DNA of 43,106 bases from Catajapyx aquilonaris (lineage: Eukaryota). The position numbers and the translations under genes are program-made. Location: contig JYFJ02003369.1 of NCBI GenBank assembly GCA_000934665.2, positions 1-43,106 on the forward strand. The letters run 5' to 3'. The first letter of the stretch is position 1. Each line of letters begins with the position of its first letter. The notes under the pieces were generated by a model. That model ran no database searches and had not been told where the DNA came from. It saw nothing but the letters and a program-made list of their open reading frames with translations. Shown here piece by piece: positions 33,256-43,106 of the stretch.

Positions 33256-35644
33256 GTAACTATTATCTTCTCAGCCATAACAGCATCAGCCAAAGTGACT
33301 TCTATTAAACTGATATCCACCCATTTAGCGGTTTTACATGGTTATGAAAATGAGATGATATTAAAAGTTAGTTTAAAGTAGATGTTAGAAATAGAAGTCA
33401 CTAAACTAGCTAATAACAGAGCAGATATTCCTAGCAGTCCTGGGATCACTGTGAATAATTATTGTGAGTTTTCCATATGTAATGTCGTTTTTAGTTGTAG
33501 AGTTCATAACTACTTATAACCTATCAAAGGTCAAAGGCTAACAATGTTTGCAGCCATAATAACCTCGTAACAGCCACTCACATGCATATGCTTAAAGTTA
33601 GGCTATGCCAGGTTAGCTCATGGCAAAAGCTATCAAAAGAGCTGCTACTGGTAACCGCTACGTTAAACGCTATTACGCTCTGAACGACCCAGCAGTTCAC
33701 ACCTTACACATTGTCCTACAACCCAATTTTTTGGGTCAAAACCGAGACCCAATCGGGTTGCAAGTACCCTAAACTCTAGAATGCACACAACAACCGAAGT
33801 GATTTACCCGCCATCTACTGCCGACATATTAGGCAAGTCTCTCAAAATGGCCGTCTCGGCTGATTTACGCAGCCATAAAATCGCGTTAAATGGGCCGGGC
33901 TTCATGTGGGGAGGACTTGAACAAGAGCAAGATAGATCGTCCTATCGTCCTCTTACCTACTGGAGTTTTTTTTATATACCTGCCACGTTATGAGCGGAAC
34001 TAATGGCAAAAAAGTAGGACCAATAGCAGTAAAGAACGATAACAACAACAAAAAGATATATATATTTTTTTAAAGCGAACGAAACTGTTGGCCTATGGAG
34101 GATTTTCTCACACTTGAAGCAACCAGTTTGCGAAAGGGCTTCTGGAGGATCTCATTTGTAAAGCTTCTTTTCAACTTGGGAAATTATCGCTCCGGAGGTA
34201 ATAAGCCTGGCCTGTAGGCAGTTTTCGGCGTGGCTGGAGGATCAGATACGATCCCAGCTTTTATCTGGCTTAATACAATAAGTCCAGGGCAATAAAACCA
34301 GACGGTCGCAGTAAAATGTACAGGGGGGGATAAAAACTACCGGACAGATTATGCGACGTCGTATAGGAAACGTCCGGCTTGGTCTTTGCCTCATTTGTCA
34401 TCTAATGCTTCAGATAAGCATGGATCGTGGTGGCATTTATTGTGGGAGTCGATGCAACTCAGGCCATAAGTTGGGGTATTTATTATTTAGTGTTTTGTAT
34501 AGCTGTTAACACATTTAGTGCAGTGGCGTCTTCCAAGGCAGCACTAGTTTGTTCACTGGACAACTTGATTATTGGAATATCGTAGAACCACAAACTGTTA
34601 GCTTCATGATCCATACGATATTGTAAATTAATTAAATAAAATTAATCATTTTTATATTATAAATATCACCATATTTAGTGCTGTGGCGTATTCAGAGACG
34701 ACACTAGTTTAGCGTTCACTGGTCAACTTATTTACTCGAATATCTGTTATATAAAATATTTCACAATAAGTCAAACTGTCCTCTTCCAAATTCTGCCTAT
34801 TATGATTTTAGCCAGCAGTAATTAACACCACAATTAATTTCGATAAGAATGTCTGCATTTTTCCAAGAAAAATATATTCGTCTGATCATATAGGAGTCAA
34901 ACTGTTCTTTTCCTCCAACTTTCCCAAACTGTCTCAACAGAACCCTTAATAAGGCCATCTGATTCGTTCTGTTGTGGCCACGGAGCCAGTTTCCACCTTG
35001 TACGCCAAGCCATGGCTCCGCCCTAGGATCGGCTTGAAGCCGTTGTTTGTGGGAACGCTCGAAGGCAACCCTCTTCCAATATCCGGACCTGGAATAGAGC
35101 CAGAGAACATCTCCCCTGTTCCTGTCCTCAAAAGAAAAGAAAAAAAAGACAAGACGGAACAGGATACAACGCTTATTACCGTCGCAACAAAAGACTATGC
35201 ATATATACCATCAGTGGCAAAACGGCCAGATCGAGTGATTGTGAAGCACTCTCCAAAATGTACTTCTTTTCCCTGTCTATACAACAGTGACTGGTAGAAT
35301 TAAATTTCCAGTCCGTTCAAGGTGAAAACATAGGATCGGACAGAATAAGTGCTGATGGGAGGGGAAAAAAATCGAACGGACGAGAGTGGACAAGGCCTTC
35401 AATTGAGTCGGGACAAAAGGAACCACACGTGTTTCGGTTCAGGTTCGAACCCCGATTGTGTGCACGACCATCGGCTCTCCCAGTTTCAACAAGAACGCGC
35501 CATGTAGTGAAGTGCCCGGTCAATAGTTTTCAACAATGGACGATAAGGGAAGCGTCCTGTTCCAATCTGACATATTTGCAGTGCTGTACAGAGATGGAGT
35601 CACTACATGGAGCATTTCCAGAACATGACATGTTCCATGTTCCA

Positions 35645-35941
35645 ACCTAATCTCTCCTAGCCCTACCTAACCTCACCTAACCTCACCTTTACCTCACCTT
35701 TACCTCACCTTACCTCACCTCACTTAATCCTACCTAACCTAACCTAACCATACCTAAACCTACATATACAGGGTGTTCCAAGTTTGTGGGGTCACTTCTT
35801 GATAATTGATATCGCCTGATAGCAGTTATTTTTTGTAGCTTGTTGTGCCTCTAACCATATCGGGCGATATCAGTTATCAAGAAGTGCCCCCCGAACTTGT
35901 AACACCCTGTATATATCCTAACCTAACCTAACCCTACTTAA
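35645..35941 (-). repeat. Degenerate (TTAGG)n / (TGAGG)n telomere-like tract interrupted by a MITE
   Basis: cctaa/cctca pentamers at 35645-35762 and 35917-35941. Confidence 0.7.
35769..35909. mobile_element. Tc1/mariner-type MITE, 141 bp, TA TSD, ends CAGGGTG...CACCCTG
   Basis: TA|CAGGGTGTTCCAAGTT...AACTTGTAACACCCTG|TA with ~50 bp TIRs. Confidence 0.85.
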
Positions 35942-36654
35942 CCAGCCAACAGATGTCAGCAGTGATGCCAATCAGCCAGTGGCGACATCTCTGGCTGAAC
36001 CGACAATAAATCCTTTAAAAGCCATCTGGACGCTTTTAAAAAACGCTTAATTAGTGCCAGAAATAATAATTATCTGTTTTCATGACCAAAGTTGAACCCA
36101 TAAGCACCGCTGCATTTATATTATTATTATTCTGACTATAAACCTGTGAAGATTGCCGATAGAAGTAAAAGCTGCAGAGCTTGCTTTTCTCTACCTTCGT
36201 CCTGGGAAATCTTAGACCAGGGGGTGGTTGGGTGGGCCTCCTTGGACGATCAATTGGAATAGGGGGGGATGCTCGTAAAATAAAATGTGCCAGGGCTATA
36301 TAGCCCAAGGAAGATTCTCTTCAGCATGAAGCAAGATGGGAGGCTGCTGCTGCTGCTGCTGCTGCGTTCCTTATTTTATGAGTTAATGTTCTGTATAGGA
36401 CTGGAGCGATAAATTATTCCCTCCCATTCCCTTCCATTCCCTGGCCTTTGAATTTTGCATTCCCTGTGTAACTGTTGGATCCATATTCGGTAATGGACTA
36501 CATGCAGGTGAGGCTAAGTGGCTCCAACCGCATGCATCCAACAATGTTCATGCCCTCATTACAGGCCTCATTCACACGGCTGCTTGAAAAAACGTACAAG
36601 CTTCAAATATTACCATTTAGTGCGGTGATGTCTTCAAAGACAATACTTCTGCTA

Positions 36655-37370
36655 TCGGAGTATCGGATAATATTTTCGGAATTATTATGATAATAGTATC
36701 AGATAATATTTTCGGAATTATTATGATAATAGTATCAGATAATATTATCGGAATTATTATGATAATAGTATCAGATAATATTATCGGAATTATTATGATA
36801 ATAGTATCAGATAATATTATCGGAATTGTTCTGATGATAGTGTCGAATGATATCGGAAATATTTTCATGATAGTATAGGAAATTTTCTGATGATAGTATC
36901 GGTTAGTATTGGAATTATTATGATGATAGTATCGGTTAGTATCGGAATTATTATGATGATAGTATCGGTTAGTATCGGAATTATTCTGACGATAGTGTCG
37001 AATAATATTGGAATTATTTTCATGATTGTATAGGAAATTTTTTGATGATAGTATCGGATAATATCACAATGATTCTGATGATAGTATCAGATCATATTAG
37101 AATGATTCTGATGATAGTATCGGATCATATTATGGGAATGATTCTGATGATAGTATCGGATCATATTATGGGAATGATTCTGATGATAGTATGGATATTA
37201 TTATGGGAATGATTCTGATGATAGTATCGGATATTATTATGGGAATGATTCTGATGATAGTATCGGATATTATTATGGGAATTATTCTGATAATAGTATC
37301 GGATATTATTTTGAGAATGATTCTGATAATAGCATCGGATAAAATAATCGGAATTATTTCGATAATAGTA
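36655..37370. repeat. Minisatellite of mainly 36 bp (some 33 bp) units, about 20 copies with graded variants
   Basis: Unit tatcagataatattatcggaattattatgataatag, drifting to attctgatgatagtatcggatattattatgggaatg. Confidence 0.95.
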
Positions 37371-38269
37371 GTGTTTTATAATTATGCAGACACCACCACA
37401 CTAAATGTGGCTACATAATAAATAGTGAAGTGCTTGTACGTTTTTCAGCAATCCAACTTACTCTGTATATCGGGCCTGTAAATAACCCTTCCTGCTTCTT
37501 CCTAAAATGACGTAACTCCTCAGGAAAGTCCCGTCGGAGTGCAAAAGGTGCAGTAAAACAAGTGCTTATTACATTCCGACATCCCTCCTGAGACAAGGGG
37601 GCCCCAGCCAAGATTATGAAAGTTGTTCTGACAGTTCAGGGGGGGTCTGGAGGAGGAGGCTTCCAAACTTCTTTTTTTTAAAAAAAAGAAAAGAAAGAAA
37701 AAGGTCACTGGCGCCAGATGAAAAAGGGGGAGGGTGGGGAGAGGAGGAGAAAGAAGAAGAAAAAAGTAAATGGCGGAGAAGAGACTTGGCGCCGATTTCC
37801 CACGCCCACAGAAGAAGAAGTTATTGAAAGTTCGCGTCATTAGGACTGGGGTGTGTTGAGGTGGCAGTCGAATGAGAATTCCCCCTCCAGCTACCTTTCA
37901 GAAGGTGGGTGGGTTTGGATGGGGAGAAGTGGGGGGGGGGGGGGAAGGAGGAGGGGAGTTTTGGACCACCCCTCCCTTAGCTACCCTTTTCAGGACTTTA
38001 TCAACTCTTCTCTCCTTGACAAGCAATCTTGGCGCATTTCTGCCTCCGGGTCCAGGGGCCCTCCCGCTAAGAAGCAACTGGCACGTTTCCACACAAAAAC
38101 CTTTATTCCAAGAGCCACAAAAAAAGTAGGAAAAATATATATTGTGCGATCATATTTTGGTTCCAAAATCTGTATTAGGGGGAGAGAGAGAGAAACTATT
38201 CAATGTAATGGAATGTTACATTGGAAATTGTCAAAATGCTATTTTGGATTATGATCGACACAAAATATG

Positions 38270-38915
38270 AAGGAAAAGATCTATTTATTTGCAATCTACA
38301 ATTTATGTATTATTTTCAATCTGCAATTTATTATAAAATTATTATTTGCAATCTCCAATTTATTATTATATTATTATTTGCAATCTCCTATTTATTATTA
38401 TATTATTATTTGCAATCTCCTATTTATTATTATATTATTATTTGCAATCTCCTATTTATTATTATATTATTATTTGCAATCTCCAATTTATTTATTGGAA
38501 TTCTACAGTTTGTTATTTATTTTCAATTTACATTTTATTATTTATTTTCAATTTACATTTTATTATTTATTTTCAATTTACATTTTATTTCATTAGTGTA
38601 ATACCTTCTTATTGTATTACGGCATATCAGATATTAAGTTATTGTAATTATTTCATTATTTTATATTACTTGTGCATTATTTATACCATATTAGTTATTT
38701 GTGTAGTGATTACTTGGTAATTCCATATTAGTTTTTTGTATAGTGATTAATACCATATTAGTTTTTTGTATAGTGATTAATACCATATTAGTTATTTGTG
38801 TAGTAATTTATATTAGTTATTTGTGCAGTAATTTATATTAGTTATTTGTGTAGTAATTTATATTGGTTATTTGTGTAGTAATTTATATTAGTTATTTGTG
38901 TAGTAATTTATATTA
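38270..38915. repeat. Compound AT-rich minisatellites (32 bp, ~25 bp and ~25-33 bp units)
   Basis: tttgcaatctcctatttattattatattatta; tttattttcaatttacattttatta; tattagttatttgtgtagtaattta. Confidence 0.9.
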
Positions 38916-39659
38916 ATTAATCCATACATTATAATTATATCGAAAATCATTATAGTTTTACTTCATATTATTATTTTCACGCAGTTATTAATTTTACAGT
39001 AGTTGCTCTTTATTTTATTTTGCTCATTTACTCAGATCTATTTAACCGTTTACTAGTACTGAAGTCACAATGCACAACAATGACTGTCAACAATATCACT
39101 TTACTAACAATGAATGGCCTGCAACCCATCAGGCTAACCCTAAATGGGCACAAAATGGGTACAAAATTGCATTCATGTATGACCCCTCCCATCTGACCCC
39201 TCCCTTGATCGCATCCCACCGCCGCCGGTACTATTGAACCACTTACGTTACACGGCACCATATCCCTTTTATTATTCATACACCGTACTTCTACCTCTTT
39301 GCATTTTCAACTCCGATTTTGGGGAGCCCTTGAAATGCACGCTACCGCGAAATTTTGGCCCCGATTGGCAACACGCATCACTCGCGAAATTGGGGAACAT
39401 GCAACTATTCATGACTCTGTTTCGCGCAGATGGCACTAGTGCAAAAAAAAATAGAGAGACTAGAGACTAGACGAAAGGCTATAACTCCCTTCGAGGGAGT
39501 GAATACTGATGATTCCATCAACACCTCCAGGCATGTCGCCTCGAATGTTAAGTGCGCCACAATCCACACAGTTTGTCATCTATCTCAACAGATGTCGCCA
39601 CATGTCACATTCTTTGACGCAGTAAAATTTTTGTTACATCATTTTTGCTCTATTTTCAA

Positions 39660-39770
39660 CCTCCCAAAAAATCGTATAGAGCAGCTCGGTCCGTTCGTGG
39701 ACACATCGGGTCCTAAACCTTATGAAACTGACAAACGGTTTTCGGATTTGGATTCAGCCTGGGCTAAATT
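39660..39770 (-). mobile_element. Family B (HINE-like) fragment
   Basis: tccgttcgtggaca...cctaaacc...ttttcggatttggattcagc is the reverse complement of the 14705-14785 core. Confidence 0.5.
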
Positions 39771-40515
39771 GTCAGTTACTGTGCCCTTCTTTCTGATTCC
39801 AACCCTCTAACGACGCCATATTTAATTCCACCTTCTCGAGTTAAATCCTATCCTTAGCACGCCTCCATGACAGATAAGTGTCCGTTACAAAAAAAAAAAG
39901 TGTCCACAAAAGGGAAGGTACGATAAGAGGAGTCAGGCGGACACCTCATTAGTCAAACCCAACACAAAGCATGTCCTCCCCCCGTTTTCCACCTTCCCAC
40001 CCTTCCCCTTACTCCCTAAAAAGTGGCGGGAAAAGTCGTTGGCCTCCGCGAATCAAGTTGTTTGTCGCTGCTACGGGGAAGCCCCCACTCTCGGTTGGAC
40101 AGCTCCATGTCACTTTCAGGAAAAGAAATGGCGCCCTCCTAGTTTACCAGATCCAACTCTGACACATTTTTCATCCTCCCTACCCCATCCTTCCCCCACT
40201 GTCCAGGACACACCAAAAGAGAAAAAAATATAAGGTAAAAGATCTGTCTGCAGGTTTTTCGCTTATTGTCTCACGCCACGCTTGCTTTTCCTTGTCTCAT
40301 ATTGTGCAATGAAGGCGGGAGGTGAAATTGGACCTGTTAAAGCGACCGACGGAGTTTGACACCAGAGGGAGGCTAAGGGGATTGGAAGGGACTGGAAGAG
40401 AGGTTATTAAATTTAAATTGTGGGAAATGGACGCCTAGGTTCTGACATGTGTGTCATGGTGGTTCAAAAATTATTTGGGACAGTGATTTGGGTTCTAAAA
40501 ATACTTGGGACAGTA

Positions 40516-40703
40516 CACTCTTAACCATTTACCTTCTCTAGAGAGGTTAAGAAAGTGGCAATTTTTTTACCCTCTATTTTCTAAGGTAATACATGCAAAA
40601 TTTACCTTAGAATCAATTTACCCAAGAATATTTACCCTACAATGTAAGGTAAAAAAATGGCCACTTTCTTACCCTCTCTAGAGAAGGTAAATGGTTAAGA
40701 GTG
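40516..40703. mobile_element. 188 bp MITE, ends CACTCTTAACC...GGTTAAGAGTG, TA-flanked, ~57 bp TIRs
   Basis: Near-perfect TIRs. It sits inside a short aaaaatatttgggacagtgattt tandem array (40465-40765). Confidence 0.85.
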
Positions 40704-40759
40704 TACTAAAAATATTTGGGACAGTGATTTTTCTTCCAAAAATATTTTGGGACAATGTG

Positions 40760-40970
40760 ATTTTTGGACTTTTCTCATCAAAAAATTGTTTTACGGAACG
40801 GCTGTGTCAGTCAGTCCGTCTGTGGACAGGCATCAGGGCCTAAACTGCATGAGATAGCGATAAACTATTTTCGGATTCAGATTCAGTGGATAGGTTTATG
40901 GCCAACTTCCGGTCACTGGGCACTTCCGGTATTCCGGGTTCACTCTATCCCCCAAGGTCAAGTCTACAGA
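40760..40970 (-). mobile_element. Family B (HINE-like) copy
   Basis: Its reverse complement aligns with 14615-14790 (ctgtagacttgaccttgggggatagagt, ctgaatccgaaaa, tgtccacagacggac). Confidence 0.6.
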
Positions 40971-42174
40971 CTGTTGGGTCCCATGTCAACGAGAAATGAA
41001 CCGGACATTTTATGTCTATATTTCCCCATTTGAATTTCATTGGCAATGCGAAAAATCAACGTGATTTCCCAATCTTTTTATGGAAACGTTGTCACCTTGC
41101 TGGAGTGCTGTTCGAAACTTTTTTTGGGTGGGAAATATTGTGTTATTACTTAAAGCCAATTACACCATGACAGTTATATGACTCTATTTTGCAAGTAATT
41201 GAATAATGGATTATTAGAGTTGCAAACTAGTTTTTGTTTGTGATCTATCCAATCAAAATATTGACAACCGTGACATTTGGTCATTACCCATCTCCCATTT
41301 TGTCATTATTTACACAAATTAACCCTAGAGAATTTTTTAGCAAAAAAAATGTTTGGTCAACATTTCTGATTGAAAATAGCTGTAGGCTGTTTTATTACTA
41401 TGAATATTAATGCTAAGGGATGATCTAGGATTAATTGTGATTAATTAGTGAATCTTGCACTAATTAATATTAATCTGAGATTAATATTACCTGTAATATT
41501 ACCCTCCCAAAACGTACTCGATTCTGCTTGTATCACTTTACAACGAATCATTTGCAAAATATTGCTAACTACTTCCCCCATTAATTACTCGGAAAGTATC
41601 TAGGTAATGAACTACGACCATTAGAGCCAGTAAAACCCCGTTCCAAAAACCGGTTGTATTAATGCCTGTTACCCACATGATAAAAGGTAATATGTAGATA
41701 TCGACCCATATCNAATTTCGCTGTATGTCAGCTAATTGTCATGGATGGCTTGCTAAACAGTTTATTTAATGCACATGTAATTGCAACGCTGTTCAAAACA
41801 ATTTTGAGAGCGAAAGCGGCATAAAAGCGCAAGGGGGTCGGTCAGGACCCAATAACTGTGCAATGTCCACATCATCGAATTTTGCACAAATAAATCGCTT
41901 CAAATTGCTAAATTTTGGACCCAAAAGTATGTGTTGTTGATCCTAGCAACATTGGAAAAGAAAAATCATTATAAAACAGTCTCGATATGTCGAAATATGA
42001 TATTTGCGATTGTAGGATTTTCCCCACTCAATTTGCGCGAATCGATATTGCATACTATTGATATCGTCATTTTTTTGCGATATTTGAATTGCGGTAATCG
42101 ATATTTTGAGTCATTTGACATTTTCCTGCGATACTTGATGGGGGTGATATTATGCACTTTATGGTGTAAAAGCG

Positions 42175-42940
42175 ATGATTACGCGTAATCGTGTGGATTT
42201 ACTACTGGTCACGATTAATCATGTTTAATCACTGGTACACTTAAAGCAAATGGACAAAATGATCGATATTTATCATAATTTGACATTTTCTTGCGATACT
42301 TGATGAGGGTGATATTTCGCACTTGTTTTGTTTGTTTGTTTGTTTCTTGTAATACCTCGGGATATGGCCTAAGAGGGTGTACTTGTGATTACATATAACT
42401 ACTAATTACGCGTAATCACATGCTAATGATTATCACGTAATCACTTTTTAACCCCATATCGGATCCCGGTTGAAAATTATCCGTTTGCTTTAGGTGTACA
42501 GTGCTGGACATATTAGCCGTCGCTGAATGCTTTTTTCCGGCGGCTGCGGCGGCGGCGTTACCTGGCAACCCTGTCCGGCGGGCCAATTCAAACATCAGCC
42601 CATGGAGAGCGCTTCCATGGTTGCCACTGTTTACAAATCGAGTGAGTGAGTGCGCAGGCAGAAGAGACCCGTCGCTGGGTCGCCCGCGTCACTCACTCGA
42701 TTTGTAAACAGTGGCAACAATGGAAGTACTCTCCATAAGCTGGTGTTTGAATTGGCCCGTCGGACGGGGTTGCCAGGTAACGCAGCGCCGTCGCCGACGG
42801 AAAAAAACAATCAGCTACAGCTAATTTGTCCAGCACTTTACTTGGGATTACACAATTCACTACTGATCACACGTAATCACACGTACCCCCCCTAATGATT
42901 ACGCGTAATCACTCGTAATCGTAATCACTTTTTAGCCCCG
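42175..42940. repeat. GATTACGCGTAATC palindrome-rich degenerate tract hosting the 42499-42838 element
   Basis: (g)attacgcgtaatc at about 42177, 42406 and 42897; aatcacttttta ends both halves. Confidence 0.75.
42499..42838. mobile_element. 340 bp GC-rich foldback MITE, Tc1/mariner-type ends (CAGTGCTGGACA), TA TSD
   Basis: About 150 bp arms, ~88% identical with the inner 30 bp perfect. An empty-site paralog ggtgTActtgtgattac lies at ~42376. Confidence 0.88.
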
Positions 42941-43106
42941 TTTTGCCTCCAGGTTTAAATTTCTCACACAGTTTGTTCGCCATTCCTAGGAACACTTGGG
43001 AAGCCAGATGCCGGTCGATGTGTAGCATCCCGGGTAATACGGCTAAACCGCGACTGCGACTGGAAATAGCCGCTATTATAGCAGTTATTAACTGCTACTT
43101 TCGGCC

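Noticed and set aside
34946..35297. Overlapping ORFs on both strands as a possible missing dpr exon
   Set aside because: No signal peptide, no recognisable domain and no strong donor; left only as something to test.
35425..35470. Pol III B-box (GGTTCGAACCC) suggesting a tRNA or SINE head
   Set aside because: No cloverleaf, no convincing A-box and no SINE body.
36617..38720. Ile/Tyr-rich repetitive ORFs
   Set aside because: They are translations of 36 bp and 32 bp AT-rich minisatellites with no splice or codon evidence.
1..43106. Genome-wide UGA reassignment to explain the Gtsf1 TGAs
   Set aside because: The mRpL24, UGT-like and dpr exons contain no in-frame TGA and encode Trp as TGG. Their stops are TAG/TAA, so it is not formally excluded, but it is unsupported.

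Overview
Eukaryotic, arthropod-type genomic DNA: short GT-AG introns, a Dpr-family gene and degenerate TTAGG repeats. There is no prokaryotic system or CRISPR array. The first 9 kb is gene-dense: a Gtsf1/asterix-like double CHHC zinc-finger ORF (-) that stops right after the fingers, a complete 4-exon mRpL24 (+), and a complete 3-exon UDP-glycosyltransferase-fold gene (-) whose catalytic and UDP-sugar-binding residues look lost. From 8.5 to 17.7 kb lie four coding exons of a dpr11/dpr15-like two-Ig, GPI-type protein (-). Its signal-peptide exon was not found, so the remaining ~25 kb is probably its large 5' intron(s) or upstream region. That non-coding DNA alternates unique, GC-richer blocks with 0.4-1.2 kb degenerate tracts each dominated by one short word. 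It also holds many hairpin/foldback MITE-like elements, minisatellites and old SINE/LINE/Helentron-like fragments. The best leads are the probable UGT pseudoenzyme, the truncated or recoded Gtsf1, the suboptimal last dpr intron, a gap-free transversion-rich 307 bp hairpin and a TIR-enclosed minisatellite. All alignments were done by eye; no database search was run.
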